A DNA stretch of 64,000 nt, from IMG/VR virus record IMGVR_UViG_3300045988_154277. One strand, 5' to 3'. Shown here piece after piece: positions 20,262-28,165 of the stretch. The notes under the pieces were generated by a model. That model did not search any database and had not been told where the DNA came from. It was given only the letters and a program-made list of their open reading frames with translations. The stretch's first letter is position 1, and the number at the start of each line of letters is the position of its first letter. The DNA is from a virus. The position numbers and the translations under genes are program-made.

Positions 20262-20951
20262 TTAGATATCTCTCATACGTCTTACGACGTCATACAGTTG
20301 GTTGTTGTATTCAGCTAACCTTCTGGTGTAGGTTCTCATCTGTTCAGGGAGGTTAGGAACCTCCCTCTGGATCAGACGGATCGTCGTCTCCATGTTGAGA
20401 TGGGTATCGCTTAATTCAGCAGTCAATGACTTGTACTTATCGATCGTAGACTGCATCTCTGCATAAGCCTTCTTGGAAGACTCGATACCACTCTCCGTGA
20501 CTGCTTTCTGGTTCATCAGATAGAGTAGATATCCACGATAATCTTCGATCGTACAGTCTATACATCCTGCACAAGTCAGCTGACAGGATACCACTACAGG
20601 TGTATGACCTTGATGCTTATATACTTTGGTCTGTACATGGATATCGTAGACGTTCTCGATATCCACGATCGACATCAGGTGTACAGTCACCAGGAAGTCA
20701 TTCTCCACTTTGGATTTATAGAGCATCCCTTCGTGACGGACATACCCATCACTGAATACTTGTTGAGTCGTATGAGTTAACACCTCCAGGTAACTCCCAT
20801 CGTTCTTGGGATAGCCTTCTGGGAAGACTACACGTTTGTGGTCCTCATCCCACTTTAATAGATCGATCTTGTCTTCTGGGAAGACATACGTAGTATCCAT
20901 CAGGTGTTGAACTTTGTTCAACATCGATGTGATCAGTTCGTTCTGTTCCAT
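20262..20951 (-). CDS. hypothetical protein (229 aa)
   Basis: GAAGGAG SD before ATG. Confidence 0.5.
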   Translation of the reverse strand: MEQNELITSMLNKVQHLMDTTYVFPEDKIDLLKWDEDHKRVVFPEGYPKNDGSYLEVLTHTTQQVFSDGYVRHEGMLYKSKVENDFLVTVHLMSIVDIENVYDIHVQTKVYKHQGHTPVVVSCQLTCAGCIDCTIEDYRGYLLYLMNQKAVTESGIESSKKAYAEMQSTIDKYKSLTAELSDTHLNMETTIRLIQREVPNLPEQMRTYTRRLAEYNNQLYDVVRRMRDI

Positions 20952-20969
20952 ATTAGATTAATACTCCTT

Positions 20970-21404
20970 CTATTTATGAGTTGGTTGTAACTTGGAGAAC
21001 TCGATCTGTCCTCCGTAGAATGCGTTGTACTTCGGTAAGTGATAGGCTTTCGCTGCACGCTTACCATGTAACTCCCACCAACATCCCCGGATCCACATCT
21101 TCGTAGAACAAGTTGTGGTGAATGTTACATAGGACCAGTGGTTGCTGATCCTTAGTAATTTCTCCTTGAACATATCTACATAGTAGATGCTGAGGTTGTC
21201 CGTATTACAGCTGACGTATTTTAGGATCCATCTTCTCTTATGATAGAAGATGGAGGATGGGAGTCGTTCTTTGATTATGTCGGCATTTACGCTTGTCATA
21301 TCAAGATGTTTTAGTCTGTAGAGGACGTTGGATATAACCTCGTACTCTACTGACCAGAAGTGCCCTAACGACTGATAGGAATAGTTGTTCTCTGTGTACT
21401 TCAC
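20970..21404 (-). CDS. hypothetical protein (144 aa)
   Basis: Track ORF, Trp/Cys-containing, no motifs assigned. Confidence 0.4.
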   Translation of the reverse strand: MKYTENNYSYQSLGHFWSVEYEVISNVLYRLKHLDMTSVNADIIKERLPSSIFYHKRRWILKYVSCNTDNLSIYYVDMFKEKLLRISNHWSYVTFTTTCSTKMWIRGCWWELHGKRAAKAYHLPKYNAFYGGQIEFSKLQPTHK

Positions 21405-21581
21405 ATGTCACACACTCCTCATCTGACACCTGCATGTTTGATCGACATGCAGGTAGTATAGGTCACCTCTTCAGAGACCCGTTCGAACTTCTTAGTTTGG
21501 GGATACCGTATGTACAGTAACCCATTCCACTTGATGATGACAAGACCATCGTTGCCTTTGTGTAATATTCTGTTGGTCATG

Positions 21582-22259
21582 TTAAACTCTCCCTGGTATA
21601 AATGTGAGGTTCACTCTGAGCATCGGTATGTTGTGGTTGTGATACATCTCAAGAGTTTCTTGTTTTTGATTATCATAGAGTACAGTACACCGGACATTCT
21701 TGAGTGGAGTGTATTGTATCAGTTGTTTGGTGAACTCCTCCGTATCAAGATCCACGTAGAATCTGATGTTTTCCTTATCGGTTGGGAATATATCAGGACT
21801 GAACTCACGATTCAATACAGCTCGGAATGACTCTTCCGAAATGAATTGTATATCCGGTAGTACCGGGCTGGACCATAGTGAGATTTTGCGATCCCACATG
21901 GTACTCCACACAATGTTTTTACTCACTACGTAGTAGTGGAGATCGGGTCGCTGTATGCATTCGGATATGAGCATCGAGAGCAATGTCTCTGTCTTACCGG
22001 ATTGCCGACATCCGCATATTGCAGTGAACACCGGTTCCGGATGCCAAACACGAGTACGAACTTTATCAAAGAACACATCCAACTCATGGTCGTACATGTG
22101 TTCGAAGGTTCGACGAATGGTTTCGAGCTTCTCAGCTCTGTTTGGTTTAGATTGCATTAGAATCCTCCTTGGGTTGATGGGTATAACTTGTTTGTCCTTG
22201 TGATATATTAAGAGTGACATCATACAACAACGACGATCTACATTGACCAGATCAGACAT
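21582..22259 (-). CDS. P-loop NTPase with terminase-large-subunit-like Walker A (RQxGKT)
   Basis: AICGCRQSGKTETLLSML resembles the (R/K)QxGK(T/S) Walker A of phage terminase ATPases. At 225 aa it is shorter than a complete large terminase. Its start ATGTCTGATCTGGTC carries the repeat core found in the upstream cassettes. Confidence 0.45.
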   Translation of the reverse strand: MSDLVNVDRRCCMMSLLIYHKDKQVIPINPRRILMQSKPNRAEKLETIRRTFEHMYDHELDVFFDKVRTRVWHPEPVFTAICGCRQSGKTETLLSMLISECIQRPDLHYYVVSKNIVWSTMWDRKISLWSSPVLPDIQFISEESFRAVLNREFSPDIFPTDKENIRFYVDLDTEEFTKQLIQYTPLKNVRCTVLYDNQKQETLEMYHNHNIPMLRVNLTFIPGRV

Positions 22260-22279
22260 CAGGGTAGAATTGGGAGAAC

Positions 22280-22420
22280 GTTAGTTAGTTACAACACTCT
22301 TCTTAGAGAAGAGTTGTCGTCTTAATTCTCGCAGATATGCTTCTTTTGCTCTGACACGAGTCATGACCTCGTCCATATGCTGAGAAGCACTCTTACTTGA
22401 ATTAGCGTAAGAGAACGCCA
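22280..22420 (-). CDS. MAF-family small protein a (46 aa)
   Basis: TGGAGGTGATCGAT SD then ATG. MAFSYANSSKSASQHMDEVMTRVRAKEAY... is paralogous to proteins b and d (MAF/MPF...SASEHM...). Confidence 0.55.
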
Positions 22421-22580
22421 TATCGATCACCTCCAGTCTAACCGTTCAGGTACGAATGAACGGATAAGTTCGGTTAGATCAGATCTGTATGTTGTTGTAT
22501 GAGTCACTTAAATTCAAAGAGTGATAGGAAATGTTACGGCAGTTGTTGACCAGACAAGACATCAACAACCGAGTTCACTG

Positions 22581-22727
22581 GTTATTTCTGTGGATGCTTG
22601 ACGATCCATCTTCTCCAATCTAAGTTAGACTGGTTAGGATGTCTTTGCATTACAGATTGCATGTGTTCTGAAGCTGTCGGTGGGACTAATACTTCAGGAT
22701 GTTTAGCATCGATGTATGCAAATGCCA
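22581..22727 (-). CDS. MAF-family small protein b (48 aa)
   Basis: GAAGGAGGTGAGCTCT SD. MAFAYIDAKHPEVLVPPTASEHMQSVMQRH... Confidence 0.55.
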
Positions 22728-22893
22728 TAGAGCTCACCTCCTTCTACCACAAACAGGGAACTGTCTTTGTGGTGTGACAGGTTGGAGCATGTCTGTAATA
22801 CACCTCCTATCACTTAAATTCAAAAGAGTGATGGGTTGTAGATGTGCGAAAATCACCAACCAGATCAGTCATCGGTGATTTGTGTCACGTACG

Positions 22894-23068
22894 ATCATTG
22901 AGCGATAGCAACACTCGATGCTTTTGACGTGAGTTTTGCATCAATAACACGTGTTTGCTTAAGAGCATTGCGCTCCCAGCGTTGACGATCACGTGCTTCT
23001 TGTTCAGCAACACACTTGTATCCGGCATTCGGATCTAAGATGCGTTTGAAGAACTCATCTGAGGTCAT
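22894..23068 (-). CDS. small protein c (57 aa), unrelated to the MAF family
   Basis: TTAGGAGGTGATGTCAT SD. MTSDEFFKRILDPNAGYKCVAEQEARDRQRWERNALKQ... Confidence 0.5.
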
Positions 23069-23393
23069 ATGACATCACCTCCTAACTACTGTAGATTAAA
23101 CAGTCTTGCAGTAGGACTGGTTATAAGAGTCAGTAACAGAACCTCTCTCCTTCAGGTGAGGGATGTATGTTACTACGAACTATTCTTCCGTTGGACGTTA
23201 GTCCATCGTGATGTAATAGAAGGACAGTATGCTAAGAACATATGGTTAAAATGTTCTTGTTGCCTGGAACAGGCCATCGACGTAAGTCGGTGTACTCGGT
23301 AACACGAGGAAGCTCCTTCCTTCAGGTAGGAGTAGTTCACGTTCAGATCTGTAGTCACCTACCATCCATCACTCGTCTTATCGAAAAAGAGAC

Positions 23394-23431
23394 AGCTAAG
23401 GGATGAAGGATACAACTCCTTCATCCCTTAG
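23394..23431 (-). terminator. 16-bp perfect hairpin with U-run (minus strand) inside the cassette array
   Basis: GCTAAGGGATGAAGGA-gttgta-TCCTTCATCCCTTAGC followed on the minus strand by TGTCTCTTTTTCG. Confidence 0.65.
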
Positions 23432-23547
23432 CTAATCGTGTATTCGAAGTATAACTCTACACACGTTGGATATAGTAAGAACAACACTTCACAGTTGTCG
23501 AAACAACATCGACCAGATCAGTCATCGATGTTGAATTGTACTCACAT

Positions 23548-23745
23548 CTAAGTGGTTAACATTGCCACGATAGATGGCGTTTTAGTTGGTTTGTTGCTGT
23601 GATATATTCCGTAGTGTTTACGGAGCATATCCATCAACATCTTCTGCTTAGCTTTGGCACGTGCTACACGAGCATCATGCATTTCAGAAGCAGATTTAGG
23701 AGATAGCACGGTTGGGTGCTTCTCATCCATCATCGCAAACGGCAT
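23548..23745 (-). CDS. MAF-family small protein d (~65 aa)
   Basis: TTAGGAGGTGATTTGT SD then ATG (MPFAMMDEKHPTVLSPKSASEMHDARVARAKAKQKML...). The track lists a GTG-extended version. Confidence 0.55.
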   Translation of the reverse strand: MPFAMMDEKHPTVLSPKSASEMHDARVARAKAKQKMLMDMLRKHYGIYHSNKPTKTPSIVAMLTT

Positions 23746-23847
23746 ACAAATCACCTCCTAACTACCGACTCAAGCACAAGTGAGTCGATCAGCTTGGTTG
23801 GATCAGATCTGTAAAACTATGAAGTGTTGTTCAATACAAACAAGTTA

Positions 23848-23886
23848 GCTAGGGATAGTGGAGTGTTCGCCTCCACTATCCCTAGC
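23848..23886 (-). terminator. 15-bp perfect hairpin terminator after endolysin gene
   Basis: CTAGGGATAGTGGAG-tgttcgc-CTCCACTATCCCTAG directly after the TAA at 23893; T-containing tail on the minus strand. Confidence 0.6.
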
Positions 23887-23892
23887 TGGTTA

Positions 23893-24426
23893 TTAGTTGA
23901 CTTTGTTCCAGAGGTTGGACTCAGCCTGTCTACGTTTAACAAGCCCCGGTGCGATATCGTAAACGATCTTACCGTTCTTATCCTTTACGATTTTGCCCTT
24001 CGAGACTCTCTTCACTTTGTTCCATCTCTGGATCTCAGAGGGAACCGAACCATACTGGCGCTGGTTCAGTTTCTTAAGGAGAGTGGATGAAGCGAAGTTC
24101 GATCTCCCCACGTTGTAAGTGAATACGATGAGAGCAGCCTTCTGGTTGTCCGTCAGAGGGACCTTGACCTGTGTATCGATATATCCACCGATACTGGTTA
24201 CGTATCCGTCCAGAATACGATTTGCTTCTTCTTTAGTCATGTGACCACGAGCAACGAGGTTCTTATCATTAAACCCCCAACCGATGGCTTTCTTGTTGAC
24301 ATCAGTGTAGGGGGCTGAACGGAAGGTTTCGAACTGCTTGATCAGTTCGGTTGCCGAAGTCTTCCAATCTTGTGCGAAGACGTTGATGGTGAGGATGATG
24401 GTGATAAGAGTGATGATGTGTTTCAT
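23893..24426 (-). CDS. endolysin, GH24 (T4-lysozyme-like) with N-terminal signal peptide / signal-anchor
   Basis: N-terminus MKHIITLITIILTINVFAQ is hydrophobic. LIKQFETFRSAPYTDVNKKAIGWGFN matches the T4L catalytic E...D...T region ([21 protein letters not shown]). ALIVFTYNVGRSNFASSTLLKKLNQRQYGSVPSEIQRW matches [41 protein letters not shown]. Confidence 0.8.
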   Translation of the reverse strand: MKHIITLITIILTINVFAQDWKTSATELIKQFETFRSAPYTDVNKKAIGWGFNDKNLVARGHMTKEEANRILDGYVTSIGGYIDTQVKVPLTDNQKAALIVFTYNVGRSNFASSTLLKKLNQRQYGSVPSEIQRWNKVKRVSKGKIVKDKNGKIVYDIAPGLVKRRQAESNLWNKVN

Positions 24427-24484
24427 GTTGTTGATTCCTTTTGTTTAGGGTTGTTGGGTTGATACAGCTAGATGTATTCAATAA

Positions 24485-24494
24485 GTAATATATA
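24485..24494 (-). promoter_or_regulatory. TATATATTAC promoter motif upstream of endolysin gene
   Basis: Plus GTAATATATA, ~60 nt upstream of the ATG at 24426. Confidence 0.5.
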
Positions 24495-24574
24495 TGCGAA
24501 ATCTTTTGAACTACACTGCATACGGTGTATCTAGGTATGGGATAACTACCCATACCTAGATACGTTGAAATGTA

Positions 24575-25567
24575 TTATGCGTTGGCGGGAGCAGGAAGTT
24601 CTTTCGTATTGGAGAACTTACGATTGAATGCTTCAAGACGGTTCTTGATGTAGAAGATACCATTAGCTGCTTGTTTCGCACATTCTTCGATAGCATACAT
24701 CACAGTTGCGGCTTGTCTGATTGTATTCTGAGCAACCTTAAGTTGATCTACATCACCCTTCTTCTCAGCACGTGCTTTGAGTTTCTCAGGGATCGTACGG
24801 AGACTGTTCACCAGGTTCTCACCCTTCTTGCACATTTCGTGGAGAGATTTGGACATCTCAGGCGCTTCATTGATAAACTTCTCATCGACTGGCTTTTTAG
24901 GATACTCACGTCCACCAGTCATAACAATACCGAGTTCGCCAGCCAGATCATTGCCGTGCTGACGGATCTGATTAGATTCTTCGTCGTTCATAGAACGGAT
25001 CACATCAACATTGGCTTTGGCACAGATCGACCGATCGAAATCAGAGATGATCTTCTGGATGTTGGAGTTGGTGAACGATTCGGCAACCATCGTTGGATTA
25101 CTGTCTGTAATGATGGTATCTGCTCTGAATGGTTGCTTCTTTGACTGTCGTTTCTTTGAATGATTGTTTTTGGCTTCCTTAGCCTCCTCTTGGACAGCTT
25201 GGTTGGCTTTGTCCGTAGACTTGAACAAGTTCGTAAAGAACTTCTTGATCTTCGTCCACAGATCTTGGAACCATTTCACAACAGCATCCCAACCTTTCGA
25301 GATGGTCTCACCGAGACCTTCCATCGTGAGCGATATGTTGTTCTGTCCGTAAAGGTACTGAATTGTTTCAGTACTTCCAGACTGTTGGATCACATCACGG
25401 ATTTGGATCAGCTGATCCATCGTGGTGATACGATCCATCAAGCAGTTGTATGCTTCCCAAGTGACGTCATAAGCCGACTCCATCGCGATATAAGCATCCA
25501 GGAGTTCTTCGTTGCTTGCGACACTGGATGTCTGCGGGATGCTCAGGTGTTCTAATCCGAGGTTCAT
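24575..25567 (-). CDS. paralog-family protein C (candidate inner-body/virion protein)
   Basis: MNLGLEHLSIPQTSSVASNEELLDAYIAMESAYDV... with the N-terminal family signature. AAAGGAAACAACATC SD. Confidence 0.55.
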   Translation of the reverse strand: MNLGLEHLSIPQTSSVASNEELLDAYIAMESAYDVTWEAYNCLMDRITTMDQLIQIRDVIQQSGSTETIQYLYGQNNISLTMEGLGETISKGWDAVVKWFQDLWTKIKKFFTNLFKSTDKANQAVQEEAKEAKNNHSKKRQSKKQPFRADTIITDSNPTMVAESFTNSNIQKIISDFDRSICAKANVDVIRSMNDEESNQIRQHGNDLAGELGIVMTGGREYPKKPVDEKFINEAPEMSKSLHEMCKKGENLVNSLRTIPEKLKARAEKKGDVDQLKVAQNTIRQAATVMYAIEECAKQAANGIFYIKNRLEAFNRKFSNTKELPAPANA

Positions 25568-25602
25568 GATGTTGTTTCCTTTTGATGATACATTGTAATT
25601 AC

Positions 25603-25611
25603 CCCCCCCCC
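25603..25611. repeat. homopolymeric C9 tract (G9 on coding strand) upstream of gene 24575..25567
   Basis: TAATTACCCCCCCCCCGCAGAGGG. Confidence 0.55.
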
Positions 25612-25687
25612 GCAGAGGGAGAGAAGGGTAAGTGATAATACGAGTAAAAGCCCTCTGTATACCATTGTTTCTTGAGGGTATCCCAGC

Positions 25688-27202
25688 ATGGTATGCACTC
25701 TGATATACACTACACTGAAGGAGGTATTTATGGCTTTAGATCCAGTACGCATCTGGCTGATGGATGTGCCTAAATTCATACGAGAGAATAAATGTCAACC
25801 TGTAACATCCGTCTTCATCCGTGAGACCACAACGAATGAATTTAAACACGATGGGTTGTTCTCAGAAGACATCTTCGGTCAGATCAATACTCCGGAGCGG
25901 TTGATCCGGTTCGGATATGTCGATCTTCGGACGAAGATCCTACATCCGCTCATCTACATCGATATCGTGAAGCTGAAGGCTTTCTATGGAGAGATCATGG
26001 CTCGGAAAGCTTATGCCGTGTTCAATCCAGAGACCAAAGAGTTCATTCGTGCATCGGAAGAAGACGAAGATGCTGATACAGGGTATCAGTTTTTCATGAG
26101 TCATTTGGATGATTTGAAGTTCGAGAAGAACAAGTCCTTGAAACACAACGAGATGGTTGATGTGATCGAGCGACACCAAGGCAAGTTGACATTGGAACAA
26201 TGCCTTGTGATGCCAGCTGGATTACGAGACCTTAGAGAAGACGAAGGTAAACCAGCTGCAGATAGTATCAACAAACTCTACTCTTCTCTGATCAACTACA
26301 CACTGGCTCTTCCCACTACCAAGACTACGTCTGATATTTATGACAATGTCAGGTTCTCGATCCAGAAGAAAGTCTCTGAGATCTATCAGTATCTATTCGA
26401 TATGATCGAAGGGAAGTTCGGGTTCTTCCAGAGGAAGTACGGTTCTCGTAACCTTGCATTGGGTACTCGTAATGTGGTATCCACAGCATCCATGGCTGCG
26501 TTATCACCAGATGATCCTCAGTATCTGAAAATGGATGAGATCAAGATCCCACTCTTCCAGTTATGCAAGATGTTCACTCCGTTGATCATCTACAACATCC
26601 GGATGCTATTCCTGAACGAAGTGTTCCATATCACATCGGACCAGGTTGCTTTGATCGATCCAGAAACCAATAACTTGGTCTACCAGCCGATCGATGAGGA
26701 TGAGAAGAGTCGGTTCCTCTCATCGGAAGGGATCGAGAAGATGATCGATCTTTTCAGGGATCCTGAGTTCCGGTTCACTCCTGTTGTGGTATACAACGAA
26801 GAGGGCAAAGGATATTACCTCTACATGGTCTACGATGATACGGAAGTGATCTACTTGACGAGAAGCGTCAGTGAAGTGATCAACAAGATCAAGGATAAAG
26901 TAGGTGTCTACGATCCTCAGAAACTGAGACCTCTCACTTATGCTGAGATGTTCTACATCGCAGCGTATCGTGCTACTTACGACAAGACTTCATTGATCAC
27001 ACGATATCCTGCCATCGAAGTAGGATCTGAAGTACCGAATCGTGTACATCTGATCTCAACGAACCCTGCAAGGAAGATCAATCTGTTCTCTACGATGGAT
27101 GATGATAACTGGATCATGCTTCCAGAGTATCCGATCATCAACAATACCTTTGTGGATAGTCTGATCCCGCATCCACAGATCTTAGGAGGGTTAGGGATGG
27201 AT
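25688..27202 (+). CDS. RNA polymerase beta-prime N-terminal fragment, exon 1 (second RNAP)
   Basis: N-terminus ETTTNEFKHDGLFSEDIFGQINTPERLIRFGYVDLRTKILHPLIY matches the beta-prime N-terminus ([23 protein letters not shown]...RMGHIELAAPVAHIWF). KFGFFQRKYGSRNLALGTRNVV matches [20 protein letters not shown]. Reading frame ends ...ILGGLGMD at 27202, just before an intron core. The track ORF runs on into the intron to a stop at 27235. Confidence 0.7.
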
Positions 27203-27606
27203 TCGCTAAACAGTCGAAGTCCCGCTATCGGGTAACCGGTGGTGACAAGAAAGTGAATTGCTGGAAACATCTAAGAGCTAGTTTGGCTACAGCGTGATCC
27301 GAAAGGATGAATGCGATATGCGGTCGAAAGACAGAAAAAACAAACTAGATGACCTATGGTGAAATAAAAGCTTGTATGTACCACACCAACATACAGGTCC
27401 TAAAGGTTGATGCTTCTATATGAAGCGGAACAATGTGCAATCAGCAGCTAAGCTTATAGATAACTCTCTGAGTCGCTATGAGAAAGTTCATCGACTAGGT
27501 GCTCCCACCCGAGCGATTGGGTGGATGGTATAGTCAGGCCGCTAATGAAGATTAGTGGGTAAACGTATGTAAGTTATTGATATTCAATGAGTTACAACGG
27601 AAGATG
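27203..27606 (+). ncRNA. group I self-splicing intron (no internal ORF) inserted at the NADFDGD catalytic motif of beta-prime
   Basis: Canonical core GACTA-ggtgct-CCCACCC gagcgatt GGGTGG-atggta-TAGTC (P7/P3'/P8/P7') at 27489-27535. P9 hairpin CTAAT-gaag-ATTAG. 5' splice site after U27202 with P1 GGAU|UCG paired to CGA(A)GUCC including a U.G wobble. 3' splice site after G27606. Joining gives in-frame ...LGGLGMD|FDGDTASS. Confidence 0.65.
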
Positions 27607-27786
27607 TTTGATGGCGACACAGCCTCGTCCAATGGTGTATTGAGCAAACAAGCCAACCAAGAAGTCAATGAGTATTTGGATTCAATAGGACGTTACATCC
27701 ACAGTAACGGAAAATTGATGCACGGTACCACTGACTTGATCAAATTGACGATCTTCAACTTATCGAGAGATCCTGTTCTCGTTTAA
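27607..27786 (+). CDS. RNA polymerase beta-prime N-terminal fragment, exon 2
   Basis: FDGDTASSNGVLSKQANQEVNEYLDSIGRYIHSNGKLMHGTTDLIKLTIFNLSRD aligns with [56 protein letters not shown]. No SD; the track gives only a TTG-start ORF here. Confidence 0.65.
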   Translation, partial: FDGDTASSNGVLSKQANQEVNEYLDSIGRYIHSNGKLMHGTTDLIKLTIFNLSRDPVLV

Positions 27787-27799
27787 AACAAAAGAAGAA

Positions 27800-27834
27800 C
27801 TAAGGAGGGATAGGACCAACCCTATCCCTCCTTA
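27800..27834. terminator. 15-bp perfect hairpin, bidirectional terminator between convergent genes
   Basis: CTAAGGAGGGATAGG-accaa-CCTATCCCTCCTTAG between the plus-strand stop (27786) and the minus-strand gene end (27838). Confidence 0.6.
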
Positions 27835-27837
27835 GTA

Positions 27838-28164
27838 TTAGTACAGGTCCTCTTCCTCTTTTTGGATCTGTATTTCATCGTCCATCAACCCTTCGACTAG
27901 TTCGATGATCTCTTCATCATCTTCCGGCATACCAGTTAGATACCGTTTCTGAACGAAAGATCCACCACACCAATCGACTGTCCATTCAGCTTTTACTTCA
28001 GTCCGATCATCACCCAAGAGGTTGGTGATGATACACAGACTCCAAGCACCACGTGTGTTCTCATGTGGTATTTCGATGGAGCCTTCTGCTCTACGAACAT
28101 CTCCGGCTTCTGGATGATGCATCGTGAGCTCGTTGTAATCAACTTTGGTTTGGTACTTGGACAT
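27838..28164 (-). CDS. hypothetical acidic protein (108 aa)
   Basis: Track ORF, Asp/Glu-rich C-terminus. Confidence 0.45.
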   Translation of the reverse strand: MSKYQTKVDYNELTMHHPEAGDVRRAEGSIEIPHENTRGAWSLCIITNLLGDDRTEVKAEWTVDWCGGSFVQKRYLTGMPEDDEEIIELVEGLMDDEIQIQKEEEDLY

Positions 28165-28165
28165 A

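Larger units (their letters stand above)
22241..23531 (-). repeat. array of PeSL-like cassettes (conserved motif + variable hairpin + SD + small gene + ATG-in-loop hairpin)
   Basis: Core ACCAGATCAGTCAT (minus ATGACTGATCTGGT) occurs 3 times in hairpin loops with unrelated stems (22541-22572, 22846-22880, 23502-23531) and once as the start of the ATPase gene. CTTAAATTCAAAGAGTGAT hairpins at ~22503-22527 and ~22809-22834. TACAGAYCTGATCYAACC-like motifs at ~22471-22488, ~22779-22797, ~23335-23358 and ~23796-23813. Confidence 0.65.

Noticed and set aside
22241-23531. Possible CRISPR array (repeated palindromic motifs with intervening unique sequence)
   Set aside because: The repeats are few (3-4) and irregularly spaced (300-650 nt). 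Only the loop is conserved, while the stems differ. The so-called spacers are SD-led small genes, so this is not CRISPR architecture.
22541-23531. Mini-ORFs starting with the conserved ATGACTGATCTGGT (MTDLV..., 20-26 aa) inside the hairpin loops
   Set aside because: Downstream of the first five codons the copies are conserved at the nucleotide level but in different frames (a 1-nt indel in the CTTAAATTCAAAGAGTGA block). The conservation is therefore in DNA/RNA, not in protein.
27203-27606. Homing endonuclease ORF inside the beta-prime intron
   Set aside because: The intron is only ~400 nt and contains no ORF >60 aa on either strand. It appears to be an ORF-less group I intron.
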